The notes below the pieces were generated by a model. That model was not told where the DNA came from and ran no database searches. It saw only the letters and a program-made list of their open reading frames with translations. Below, one piece after another: positions 11,746 to 24,273 of a DNA stretch of 45,436 nt. This DNA is from Octopus bimaculoides (lineage: Eukaryota), in NCBI RefSeq assembly GCF_001194135.2, contig NC_068988.1, positions 49,241,318-49,286,753 on the forward strand, in the 5' to 3' direction. The translations under genes and the position numbers were made by a program. Position 1 is the stretch's first letter. The number at the start of each line of letters is the position of its first letter.

Positions 11746-12809
11746 TGGAGATACAGGATGCGATGGGTAAATTGTCACCATTTTATATTTATTTCGCGCA
11801 TGTACGTTGTATGTTTTTGATCTTATCTACTACACAGTATAGCAGGATCAGTTGGGGACCACCTGTGAGGAAAACAGCATCATCACGTAATTCACTCTAC
11901 CAGAAATTTCAAAACGACTTGCTGTACTGCTTGGTGTAGCCGCCGGGAGCTCCAGTAAGACCATTTCAGATTGTTTCGGTGTCAATCTGAAGATATGTAC
12001 TGAGAGTGATAACAATCATACATCCAGTCAACATCATGGCGTTTGATGTGATTACAACATATTTTTATGTAATTTTGTTAAATATGTCTGTTAAAATGAT
12101 ATGTCAGTGTTTTCATTTTAGCGTAATTTAGACGGCATACGGATTCCTCGCAGTAACTACGTATTGTAGATGGTATTATATATCACAGTTATCAATTGAT
12201 TTTGTATGACACAACACAAACTGGACTTATTTCTCACTAACTACACTAATTAGACTCGATTTCGCAATGCACACTAATTAGACTCAAATTCAATCGCTAC
12301 AGCACATGCTTCTCATTCCCACGCGCCAGTGATTTGCATCAAATACATTGCTGCAGAATGAGAGAGCCTGTACCATGACGACCGTCATATTTCAAATAAC
12401 TGGCATATCTTTCTGAAATCACACACAACGCCTTAAATATGCAAAGAACTTATTTGATAGTGCGATCATGGCGTTCTAGATAGGATGTGACCTAGGACTA
12501 TACAATAACTTCATAATCAGCCATACTGAATAGCCCTGCATTGCATCGAAGCTAAGCTTTCAATATCAGAGGCGTTTGTAATGTCTGTCTGTTTCATTTC
12601 TCTCTTTCTCTTTTTCTCTCTTTCCTCCCTCTTTCTTTTTTCTGTCCTCTCTCTCTCTCTCTCTCTCCTCTCTCCTCTTTCTTTCTTTCTCTCCTCTCTC
12701 TCTCTATGCATAGAATTAGTTCCCCAACACAACATCAATAACCAAACTAAGAGCGTCCCAATTAACAAAGAAAATGGTTTCAAATATTGACACAAGGTCA
12801 TCACTCTTA

Positions 12810-12970
12810 GGGAAGGGATAAGTCGATTACATCAACCTAAGTGCCGAGCTGCTACTTATTTTATCGACTCCGAAATTCTTCGGTGGAACTTGACCTCAGA
12901 AGTCAATGACAGACGAAATGCCTCTAAGCATTTTCCCTGGCGTGCGAACGATTCTACCAAGACATCGCCT
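12810..12970 (-). mobile_element. SINE family B with internal deletion
   Basis: aagtcgattacatcaacc..tttatcgac..gacgaaatgcc..aacgattctacca..cgcct. Confidence 0.8.
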
Positions 12971-12974
12971 TGCT

Positions 12975-13380
12975 GATGACAAAGATAATGATAACAGAAA
13001 AATCCCTGCAACTCACAACTACAACTCTACCTACAACAAAGACAACAACGAATCTCACATCAGCACAAGCAGTACCAACATCCTCTATAGCAACTATAGC
13101 AACAACAACATCACGACCATCAGCAGCAGCAAGTAGATTACTAATAACATCGACAAAGAACCCATTTTTACCAACACCAGCAAGAACACAGAGGACAAAA
13201 ACACCAAAGAAAGCTCCATTACTACTAGCAACAACAGCAACAACACCACCACCAATAACGCCAAAAGGAGTAACAACAATAACACTACCAACAACAATAA
13301 CAACTATCACACCGCCACCAACACCAGCAACAATAACAACACCTATCACTCCACCATCAACATCACCAACAACAACAATA
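12975..13380. repeat. Degenerate (ACA/ACC)n low-complexity tract
   Basis: Trinucleotide-derived; explains the Thr/Pro-rich ORF 12970-13494. Confidence 0.8.
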
Positions 13381-13608
13381 TTGATTTCAACTTTTGGCAC
13401 TGATTTGGCCAGCAATTTCGGGAAAGGGATAAACCGAGTATATGAACCTCAGTATTCAACTGGTACTTATTTTTATCGACCCCGAAAGGGATAAAAGTCA
13501 AAGTCGACCTGGGCGGAATTCGAACCTACAAAGTAAGGACGAACGAAATGCCACTAAACATTTTTCTCTCTCGCTCGCTCGCTAACGATTCTACCAGCCT
13601 GCTCCCTT
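13380..13608 (-). mobile_element. SINE family B
   Basis: ttttggcac..ctggtacttatttttatcgaccccgaaagg..aagtcgacctgggcggaattcgaac..aacgattctaccagc. Confidence 0.88.
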
Positions 13609-13620
13609 ATATAAACATGT

Positions 13621-13806
13621 TCGCACGCCGGGCGAAATGCTTATCAGCATTTCGTCCATTTTTATATTCTGAGGTCAAGTTTTGCCGAGGTTGATTTTGC
13701 ATTTCATCCTTTCGGGGATGAAATAAGTACTAGCACTGCAGTCGATTTCATCGACATAGCTGCTCCCACAAAATTTCTGGCCTTGTGTCAAAATTCGAAA
13801 TCAGTA
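13621..13806 (+). mobile_element. SINE family B (head-to-head with the previous copy)
   Basis: gcacgccgggcgaaatgctta..catttcgtcc..gccgaggttgattttgc..ggccttgtgtcaaaattcgaaa. Confidence 0.88.
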
Positions 13807-14170
13807 TATAGATGAAATTCTATGAAATTTTAGTGATATTACATTGATATTAAAAAATGTTTCCCTCAGATGGCTTTAAAAGACTGATGAGAAAAAGGAA
13901 AACAGGATGTCCTGAAAGAAAAAAAAAACTTTTCTTTCCTTCCAAGAAGGATGTATTCTGAAAAGATGTATGGAGACCTTACTCGAATGCTTTGCAATAG
14001 ATTAAACACCACTAAAGGCACATAAAGATTATGTGCTCAGTCGGGTGACGGAGTAGGTCAACCCCTTCCTTAAGTTGTCGATGGAAGGATCTGAACCTAG
14101 ATCTTAAATTGCCGGCAGAAATACAGCAAAGCATCACGCCCGATGCGCTTGCGGTTCTGTGTCTCCACAA
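13807..14170 (+). repeat. Local duplicated segment, copy 1 (paralog at 25065-25440)
   Basis: Shared blocks atgaaattttagtgatattacattgatatta, aagactgatgagaaa, ccaagaagga.gtattctgaaaa, tagattaaac.ccactaaaggcaca, ggagtaggtcaac, aagttgtcgatgg.aggatctgaac. Confidence 0.9.
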
Positions 14171-14186
14171 TCCGCCGAAGTCTAGT

Positions 14187-14300
14187 TTGCCTTCTCATCC
14201 TTTCGAGGTCGTTAAAATAAGTAACAGCGTCGGGGTCGATTCAATCGATGCAGCTCCTCCCTCGAAATTGCTGGCTTTGTGCCGAAATTCCAACGCAATA
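14187..14300 (+). mobile_element. SINE family B 3' half
   Basis: ttgccttctcatcctttcgaggtcg..ggggtcgattcaatcga..gaaattgctggctttgtgcc. Confidence 0.8.
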
Positions 14301-14479
14301 GTAACACGTATAACAACATCAGTAACGGCAGGACATCCACAACACCAGCATCACGACAACGACGACGACCACCACCACCACCATAACCACCAACACAAAA
14401 CAATACTAACAACAAGAAAATCGTTATAACAACAATGCTATTAACACCAGTAACAACAACACTAGCTCCATCATCATCG

Positions 14480-14515
<36 letters not shown>

Positions 14516-15007
14516 GTAACACCACCCTAAACACCAACCCGAAATAACCAGAGGTTCACCAGCCTCGCTCCCACGATATACAAAACAGCAACAAGATTAA
14601 TAACAATATCAAGAGCGTATCGTGCAAACCATCTAGTTACCGACCATTTGCCAAATAAATCTGGATCAATTGTTTTCGGCTGCTTTTTTTTATATATACA
14701 TATATATATAACGTTTTTCCTTTATTATTTCATTACTGATTTTATTGAGGGTTCTCCTACATTTTTTTTCTTTTTCTTGTTTTTTTTTCTTTTTTTTTTT
14801 TTTTTGGTGGTGGGGCTTTATAATCATATATGTTTTATATTCGTAATTTTTATACATTTTGGGTGATAGGAGTCAGGGACAACGGGGTGCTAGAAATTTG
14901 TACTTGTTTTGTCATTTCTTATAGCTTACTCTTCTTGTAGTTGTCGTCCCCCTCCATTTGTTTGAGATTTCTTTTCTATTCATTATTCGTTTTCTTTTAC
15001 AAACGCC

Positions 15008-15016
15008 ATTATTATC

Positions 15017-15087
<71 letters not shown>

Positions 15088-15191
15088 CATCATCATCATC
15101 ATCATCATCATCGTTATCATCATTATCATACCCATCATGAACATCGTCGTGGCCATCATTATTATTATTATTATCATTATTATTATTATTA

Positions 15192-15241
<50 letters not shown>

Positions 15242-15280
15242 GTTGTTGTTGTTATTATTGTTATTATTATTTTTGTTATT
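15008..15280. repeat. Compound (TAT)n/(CAT)n/(TGT)n microsatellite
   Basis: Direct reading. Confidence 0.95.
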
Positions 15281-15659
15281 ATTCGTTTTATCTTTTAGAT
15301 ATTTTACTTATTTGTTTCTTTTCGCCTTTATTTATCCTCGATATCTTTAATACAATTTCCAAAGGGAATATTACTGAAGAATCAATGTCTGTATAAGCAC
15401 CCTCAAACACATACAGACACACAAACAAACACACACACGAGATTGTGTGTATCAGAGAGAGAGAGAAGGAAATAGATGGAGAGAGAGAGAAAAGATAGAT
15501 AGAGAGAAAAAAGACAAAGAGAGAGAAGGAGAGTGCCTGTTTGTAAGGTATGTCTACATAGCTGCATATAGCGTATTTGTGATATCCACCCAAATGTTTG
15601 TACTATCTATTGACGTAGTAACAGAGTACTCCTGCTCCATTTAAGATGCAACAAAGATG

Positions 15660-15767
15660 CATATATACATAGATACACAGATATACAACACAAATGTATG
15701 TGTATGTATGTATATATGTATGTATGTGAGTAAATATATATATATGTAATACATAAGTATATGTACA

Positions 15768-15841
<74 letters not shown>

Positions 15842-16140
15842 CGTAAACACACATATGTATATACATATATGTATACATATATATATATATATATATTTAT
15901 ATGAGTGTGCATATATGTATGTATATATATATGTATATATATATGTATATATATATGTGTGTGTGTGTGTGTATGAGTCTGTGTGTGTGTGTGTGTGTGA
16001 GTGTGTGTGTATACGTATATATATATATGCATACATATACCCGCAATTTTTCTTCGATATGTGTGTGTATCTGTATGTGTATAGGTACATAAATATACAA
16101 ATAAAGATATACATACATATACATAAACAAATCTATATAT

Positions 16141-16217
<77 letters not shown>

Positions 16218-16729
16218 NNNNNNNNNNATATATATATATATATATATAAATAAAGAAATATATATATATACATATATATACACAAACGTACGTACACACA
16301 TACATATATATATATTTAGATGTATGCGCAGAAATACATATATGCACACATCATATACAATTGTGTTTATTTATATAATATATACATAATCCATACATGT
16401 ATATGCGAACATATATACAAGGATGCATACAAGCATACGTACATTACATACATATGTAAAGGCATACATGCCAATATACGTAATTATTCGTATGTAATTG
16501 TTCAGTTCGATTAGTGTACGTTAGGGGATTGTACTGATGGTGGCAATGCGGGGGCGACAAGGCGTCAAGGGTCGTAGTGGCAATGGTTATGGTGGGTGTA
16601 GTGTATAACTAACATATATACATTAACGCACGCTGATACACATCGGGAGCAAAGAAAACAACGACGTGTAACAAAAGAAAAAATAAATCAATTTAGCCAA
16701 GGGACTATATAATACACATGTACACAGAA

Positions 16730-16782
<53 letters not shown>

Positions 16783-16850
16783 CANNNNNNNNNNNNNNNN
16801 NNNNNNNNNNNNNNNNNNNNNNNNNNNNNNNNNNNNNNNNNNNNNNNNNN

Positions 16851-16899
<49 letters not shown>

Positions 16900-17031
16900 C
16901 ACATATATATGCATATATATACACATATACATACATATATGTGTATATGTAATTCATATACATTTATATATATATATATATGTAATACAATATATATACA
17001 TATATTTACATATATATATATATAATATATG

Positions 17032-17069
<38 letters not shown>

Positions 17070-17200
17070 TCTATGTATGTATGTATGTATGTATGTATGT
17101 ATGTATGTAGCACATATATAACATACATGTATACCCATATGTAGGAAATATATGTGCATAAGTGTGTATGTATAAATTGTATATTGTTATGGCGTATGAT

Positions 17201-17268
<68 letters not shown>

Positions 17269-17562
17269 CCCTTGTATGTGTGTGTGTGTATGTAACACAT
17301 ATAGCATACATGTATACCCATATATAGGAAATATATGTTCGTAGGTGTGTATGTATAAATCATGTGTAAATGACCTATATTTCTATACATATAGATGTGC
17401 GTATGAGTGTGTATGCCCATGTGTGTGTGTGTGCGCGCGTGTGTGTGTGTAAGTGTGTGCGGGCGTGTGTGTTTGTGTGGATATATGCACATATATAGAG
17501 ATAGTAAGATAGATAGATAGATAGATAGATGATATATATATATATATTTGATATATATGACA

Positions 17563-17661
<99 letters not shown>

Positions 17662-18440
17662 CACATGTGTATAAATATATATATGTGTGTGTGTGTGTGT
17701 GTATACAAATGCTTGTATTCATGTACGTATGTTTGTATGATTATAGACATACGTATATAGATACATAGATATAATCACACGCACTTACACCATATATAAG
17801 TAGTATCAAACAAAAGAAGAAAAACCGCAGCAACAAGAACAGTATGAATGATATACATAATATAGATAATGAAAAATATGTCACACAAAAGAAAGGGACA
17901 CGCCCATCACCGCTCATTTTTAATTTAGTTAAGTAAATATATAGCTATTGTGTTTATTGTGTCTGTATGGAGAGGGATGGGTTACTGGGAATGCTTAGGT
18001 GAATGCACGTGTATATGTGTGTAAATATATGTGTAGATGTACAGTATATATGTGACCTGCATGTGAGTGCGTATCTCTATGCTGATATATCACGGCCTTT
18101 CTTCCTTTCTATGTGCTTGTGTATCTATTTATACATCTCTTTCTGTATATGTGTTTGTGTTTGTGAGAGAGTGAGTGCATGTGTACATGTGTGTGGGGCG
18201 CGTGTGTGTATTTGTGTGTGGTGTATGTGTGTGCTTGTACTCATAAGTGAGTATGTTTGAATGGGTGTCCATGCGTGCGTTGTGTGCATACGTATATGGG
18301 AATGCTTCTCTGTACAGATGCATGCACATATACATACATAGAAATATACTTATATTTTTCGTACATGTATATATGTGAGTGAGTGTGTTTGTCTGTGTGT
18401 ATCTGTTAGTATATATATGTATGTGTGTATATATGTGGGT

Positions 18441-18497
<57 letters not shown>

Positions 18498-18610
18498 CAC
18501 ACATACCCATATATGTGTGTATCTACACATATGCGCAAGCATGGACACAAGCACAAACACAAACACTCATCAAATGTATATATATATGCACTTATATATA
18601 TATAAATATA
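15660..18610. repeat. Extended compound (TA)/(TG)/(CA)/(TATG) low-complexity field
   Basis: About 3 kb dominated by dinucleotide-derived repeats. Confidence 0.9.
17106..17360 (+). repeat. Direct duplication of ~72 bp (17106-17178 / 17291-17360)
   Basis: catacatgtatacccatat(g/a)taggaaatatatgt shared by both copies. Confidence 0.85.
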
Positions 18611-18647
18611 TATGCTTTATTTAAAAGCAGCAGAAATATAACAAAAG

Positions 18648-18687
18648 ACTGTTACTCGGAGTTTCCCGTTCCCGTTCATCGGACAGT
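18648..18687 (-). ncRNA. Minimal type-I hammerhead ribozyme candidate (family 1), left arm
   Basis: ACTGT-CCGATGA-ACG(GGAA)CGG-GAA-ACTC(C)GAGT-A-ACAGT: 5-bp helix I, CYGANGA core, GAAA, palindromic helix III, GUA triplet. Confidence 0.6.
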
Positions 18688-18700
18688 TTTGTTAGAAAAA

Positions 18701-18740
18701 ACTGTCCGATGAACGGGATCGGGAAACTCTGAGTAACAGT
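18701..18740 (+). ncRNA. Minimal type-I hammerhead ribozyme candidate (family 1), right arm
   Basis: ACTGT-CCGATGA-ACG(GGAT)CGG-GAA-ACTC(T)GAGT-A-ACAGT; predicted cleavage after A18735; helix I extends by 4 A-U pairs after one mismatch. Confidence 0.6.
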
Positions 18741-19175
18741 CTTTTGTTATATTTCTGCTGCTTTTAAAGCATATTACTCTACCTCTGGTATTTGAGTACT
18801 CTTTTTTCCACTGTGTTGCACATTTTATGTGCTTACCCCGGTAAATATATNNNNNNNNNNNNNNNNNNNNNNNNNNNNNNNNNNNNNNNNNNNNNNNNNN
18901 NNNNNNNNNNNNNNNNNNNNNNNNNNNNNNNNNNNNNNNNNNNNNNNNNNNNNNNNNNNNNNNNNNNNNNNNNNNNNNNNNNNNNNNNNNNNNNNNNNNN
19001 NNNNNNNNNNNNNNNNNNNNNNNNNNNNNNNNNNNNNNNNNNNNNNNNNNNNNNNNNNNNNNNNNNNNNNNNNNNNNTATATATATATATATATTTAAAT
19101 ATAAGTATATGTACATATACATGCACTTATATATACATACACATATATGTATTTACATATATATATGCGTATATA

Positions 19176-19229
<54 letters not shown>

Positions 19230-21120
19230 TGTATGTATGTATATTCGCGCATGAAACGTATGCATGAACGAATAAGCATTTTATGTACGAATTCTTGGAT
19301 GTATTTGGTAATTGGTGTATTATATACTTGTGTTTGTATCTCTGCCCGAATTGTTTCTGTCTGTGCACTTGCACGTATGTGCCTCTCTCTGTGGTATGTG
19401 CCACGATTATGTATATATTTATTTGATCTTATATATACATATATGTAGATTGAGCGCGCGCGTCTGTGTGTGTTTGTGTGTTTTTCATTACTTGTATCTT
19501 GGTGCAGTGAGTAATGTTTATATATTTCTGTCTGTGTTTGCCAATGTTTGTGCGTATGTGTTAATACATGTTCGTGTTTTGTTTTGTTGTTGATTCCTTT
19601 TTGTTTGCGTGTGGCTGTTTATCTATACATGTGTGTTTGTGTTTGTGGATGGGAGCATCTGTGTATTTATATGTAGAGAGATATCTCTTCTCTTTGTACT
19701 GTTGGCGCAGTGAAAATCCACATTGTCAATAGAAGCATTTTCTATAGATCTCATTTTGCTCATAGATTATTACGATAACAATATCATGGAATGCTGTATG
19801 GCCGGTTAGCAGTGTGTACTTACATCTAATCCATGACTAATCCATGCTTGAGAATAATTCACAATGCCGATAAATAATTTATATAATTGATATTTCACAC
19901 AAGTAAGAATGAGTAATCCATACGATAACGGATAACAATATTATGATTTTTTTTTTTCAATAGTTATACTCGTCCTTCTACGCAATATTTCACAGATTTC
20001 TTGCTTCATTATAATCCCTGTTATATCATAGGAAGAAAAAAAAAACTGATATTTCTGAGTGATGATATCTATACATATGTATATACATACATATATGTAA
20101 ACGTAACGTGTTTGTGCATAAGTCGTAAGTAAATATATCTTTGCGTACGTTATATAAGCAAACATTTCTGGTCCCTGTGAAAAAACACGCCTTGGTGAAA
20201 GCACAAAAGTCTCTCTCGTTGAACGCTTTGAAGCACAACTTGCGTAGTTTCACTTTGTCATTGTTAACTCACCAGAACTGTTTACTTCAATTATTCGAAA
20301 AAGAGAATTAGTATTTCATAACTCTTTCTGAAAAAAAAAAAATCCATGAACAGTAGGCACTGCTTTCACTTATTGTTTATTGATGTGTAATGTAGTAATT
20401 AAGTATTAAGCGTGTTTATAACGCATTTTCGTGCATACAAGTCGGCGCCCCATAAATATTCACACATTATCGCTAACCTTCCAGATTTTGCTGCATTTCA
20501 CATGGAATTTAAAGCCCTTCAAAGTCACTTTGGTGTAATAGTCGATCTATTCTTTTGGTTTGCAAATTTTGGTTTGGAAAATTTGACTTGTATTCTGGAA
20601 AAAAATTGCAAACAATATTCGTATATATATATACGTATATATATATATACGTATANNNNNNNNNNNNNNNNNNNNNNNNNNNNNNNNNNNNNNNNNNNNN
20701 NNNNNNNNNNNNNNNNNNNNNNNNNNNNNNNNNNNNNNNNNNNNNNNNNNNNNNNNNNNNNNNNNNNNNNNNNNNNNNNNNNNNNNNNNNNNNNNNNNNN
20801 NNNNNNNNNNATGTGTGTATATATATAACTTAATAATGGAGGGTACGAGAAACGACTTATTTCGTTTCTGACTGCTATTTTAGCATGCTGATGCTAGGTG
20901 CTGTCTCTAGTATCCTTCATTATTGATTAATAATTATTTATCTCTCTGTTTTTTTCTTTTACGCAGGCCAAGCGACTGATATAGTTGTAAACACTATCCT
21001 TATATTTCATATGTATATATATATATATACGTTTATCTATTTGTGTTGCAAGATTCCTGATCTGAAGTCGTGTTTTGAAACCGATATTTTTGTATTTCGG
21101 GTTTTTTGTTTTCTTCTTTA

Positions 21121-21428
21121 ACTTGTTTAAGTCATCTTGACTGTGGTCATGCTGGAGCACCGCCTTTAGTCAAACAATTCGACCCAGGACTTATTCTTTG
21201 TAATCCTAGTACTTATTCTATCGGTCTCTTTTGTTGAACCACTAGAATACGGGGACGTTAACACACCAACATCGGTTGTCAAGCGATGGGTGGGGAACAA
21301 ACAGACACACAAACACATACATATGCATATACTACGGGCTTCTGTCAGTTTCTGTCTACCAAATCGACTCACGAGGGTTTGGTCGGCCCGGGTCTATAAC
21401 AGAAGACACTTGCTCGAGGTGTCACGCA
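21121..21428 (-). mobile_element. SINE family A, 5'-truncated
   Basis: gctggagcaccgcctttagtc..gacttattctttgt..catcggttgtcaagcg..ggtcggcccggg..agaagacacttgc. Confidence 0.9.
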
Positions 21429-21570
21429 TTCTGGAGTAAGTGGAGTAAGTGTGACGAAATATTTCCGTATAATGGACATGAGTTAAAATAATAATATAAG
21501 ATCAGTAAAATAAACGAGTGAAGAAAAAATATATAGTGCGTGTGTTTATCGGGCAAAAAAATAATGACCA

Positions 21571-21848
21571 TTAATAATAATGGTCGTTACATATTTTTTT
21601 TTTATTGGAGCAAATTTGAGTTAAAGCTTTTTTTTTTTTCCAGTAGTCTTTATAGCTACATTACTGATATGTTCGCTCAATTGGTCAATTGATCAGATGA
21701 GAAAAATTGAACGACCTAATTTTTTTCAATTGATCAATAGACTAATTGAGTAGACTTATAAGTAATGTACCTATAATGACTATTGGAAACAGTTATAAAC
21801 CAAAATTGCTCCGATAAAGGGAAAATATGTAATGACCATTGTTTTTAA
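21571..21848. mobile_element. ~280-bp foldback palindrome (MITE-like; termini unresolved)
   Basis: Inner arms 21651-21708 and 21718-21775 match 47/58 ungapped around a 9-nt loop; the outer arms continue (aatggtcgttacatatttt..attggagcaaatttg vs caaaattgctccgat..aaaatatgtaatgaccatt). Confidence 0.85.
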
Positions 21849-22170
21849 CTTGTTTTTGTATATATCATTCTGTGTAAAAAATCAGTTTGTCTGGAGTCCA
21901 TCCATGGATTTACAATATTGAATTATGATGAAACACGACATTGGATCCTGCCGAAAGAAAATCTGGTGTTCTTCACTAATCTAAATAATATTGTTAGCCT
22001 GGTGTAAAAGAGAGCTTATGAAATATTTTGCCCAGGTTAATAATCCATCCCTATTAGCTACGTATATATACATGCGTACATACATGCATACATATCTATA
22101 TGTATGTATGTATATATATATGCGTGTGTATGTATGTGTATGTATATGCATATATACAGACACATATGTT

Positions 22171-22209
<39 letters not shown>

Positions 22210-22283
22210 NNNNNNNNNNNNNNNNNNNNNTGAGTATATATATATATATGTGTGTGTGTGAGCGTGTGTTTGTGTGTGTGCGC

Positions 22284-22318
<35 letters not shown>

Positions 22319-22322
22319 ACAT

Positions 22323-22393
22323 ATCGGTAGACAGTTGGGTTCGATACCCAAATCGGGCGTTGCGTTGTGTTCTTGCGCAAAGCACTTCATTTC
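22323..22393 (+). mobile_element. tRNA-derived SINE head fragment
   Basis: B-box GGTTCGATACC, then CORE-like gtgttcttgcgcaaagcactt; truncated by a gap. Confidence 0.6.
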
Positions 22394-24129
22394 NNNNNNN
22401 NNNTGTGTACGCGCATTTGCATGTATGTGTTTGTTCATGTGTTTAGAGCGTGTTTACTTGCGTATGTATGTTTGTATACAGTCACAAACGAATGTATATG
22501 TATGTCTCTTTGAATGTAAATGTGTATAAGTCTAATTTTCCAGCTGTTCTTGTGTATAATTTAAGTAATAATATACAATAATAAATTTTGTTCAGTGTTG
22601 ATATTCATTTTTCTATATAATTGATATTCCGGAGAAGAATTTATCCGTTCTTCCAAATAATGATACGTGACAGATGTTCTGGTGTGTAATTCATATACGT
22701 AATAACAGAAATTTATACTTTCGCAGCGCTATGCTATACATTGGGTATATATATNNNNNNNNNNNNNNNNNNNNNNNNNNNNNNNNNNNNNNNNNNNNNN
22801 NNNNNNNNNNNNNNNNNNNNNNNNNNNNNNNNNNNNNNNNNNNNNNNNNNNNNNNNNNNNNNNNNNNNNNNNNNNNNNNNNNNNNNNNNNNNNNNNNNNN
22901 NNNNNNNNNNNNNNNNNNNNNNNNNNNNNNNNNNNNNNNNNNNNNNNNNNNNNNNNNNNNNNNNNNNNNNNNNNNNNNNNNNNNNNNNNNNNNNNNNNNN
23001 NNNNNNNNNNNNNNNNNNNNNNNNNNNNNNNNNNNNNNNNNNNNNNNNNNNNNNNNNNNNNNNNNNNNNNNNNNNNNNNNNNNNNNNNNNNNNNNNNNNN
23101 NNNNNNNNNNNNNNNNNNNNNNNNNNNNNNNNNNNNNNNNNNNNNNNNNNNNNNNNNNNNNNNNNNNNNNNNNNNNNNNNNNNNNNNNNNNNNNNNNNNN
23201 NNNNNNNNNNNNNNNNNNNNNNNNNNNNNNNNNNNNNNNNNNNNNNNNNNNNNNNNNNNNNNNNNNNNNNNNNNNNNNNNNNNNNNNNNNNNNNNNNNNN
23301 NNNNNNNNNNNNNNNNNNNNNNNNNNNNNNNNNNNNNNNNNNNNNNNNNNNNNNNNNNNNNNNNNNNNNNNNNNNNNNNNNNNNTATATACGTATATTCA
23401 AAGTATATTCATACGTATATTCATATTTTTTTAGTCGCGATATTCCACAGATGTTATGGTATATAATCCGTGTAATAACATGTATTGATATCAACCTTTC
23501 ATTTCTACTGTTTATTTTTGTGTATAACTGATATTTTGGACATGTTTGCGTTTGAATAAACCTTCCAATATTATAGTTTTATTATTCTTTCACTTTCCAC
23601 ATCTATTATTGAATATAATGATATTTCACAGATATTTTGCAGTATAATCTATGCAATAATATATTTCTGATATCATCCAAAGTTCGATGGTATCAGTTAT
23701 CCATTTGCCTATGTAAGGATGCGGAAGTTACTACTCTAAAGGCTCTGCGTTTGACTTCCTATTCAGTGTCAATGATAAATGCTGATATAGGATGCAGCGT
23801 TGATATCCATAATTCTATATATCACTTCTGAAATGCTCCCGTGTATTTTTTATATCATAATATTTTCGGATATGACATCCAGTTTTGTATATTTTTTTAA
23901 TACTTTTGAGAGGTTGAGCTTGTCTCAGCATTACGATATCATAATACTATTATATTACATTTTCATCCATGGCATCTAGTTTCCTTTGCAATATTTCGGA
24001 AAATGTTCATTGTTTATTATCTTTTCAGTTATGTAGCAAATTTTCTATATAATGATGTTTATATACACAATGATATTTAGTAGTTGTAACAAAGTGCGTA
24101 AATAAATTTTCATGTTGTTGTCTTTGCAG

Positions 24130-24273
24130 TTGCTGCTGTTGATTACTTTCCTATCAGCACTCATCGAGCCATCGAGCAGATCTATGTTCAGTGGTTATTG
24201 ATCTGGAACTATTCTTACATTCTTAAGATGATAGATGGGGATTTCTTGGAGAATTGTCCGCTGTGTCTCGCCA
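24130..24273 (+). CDS. Candidate 144-nt symmetric phase-1 exon: AAVDYFPISTHRAIEQIYVQWLLIWNYSYILKMIDGDFLENCPLCLA
   Basis: tgttgttgtctttgcag|...GCCA|gtaagt; one frame open throughout; GC-richer than its flanks; no homology recognised. Confidence 0.3.

Larger units (their letters stand above)
18621..18767. repeat. Inverted repeat, 70-bp arms (18621-18690 / 18698-18767), 7-nt spacer
   Basis: Arms match 68/70 by manual reverse complement; they extend a further ~8 bp across a 4-nt indel (about 18610-18774). Confidence 0.97.

Noticed and set aside
9525-12290. Short direct repeats (AAGTAGGTTGACGT x2 at 9525; CACTAATTAGACTC x2 near 12246)
   Set aside because: Simple slippage duplications of 14 bp; no larger structure seen.
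12970-13494. 174-aa Thr/Pro-rich mucin-like ORF
   Set aside because: It derives from decayed (ACA/ACC)n and is bounded by SINEs, running into one; no signal peptide or good splice sites.
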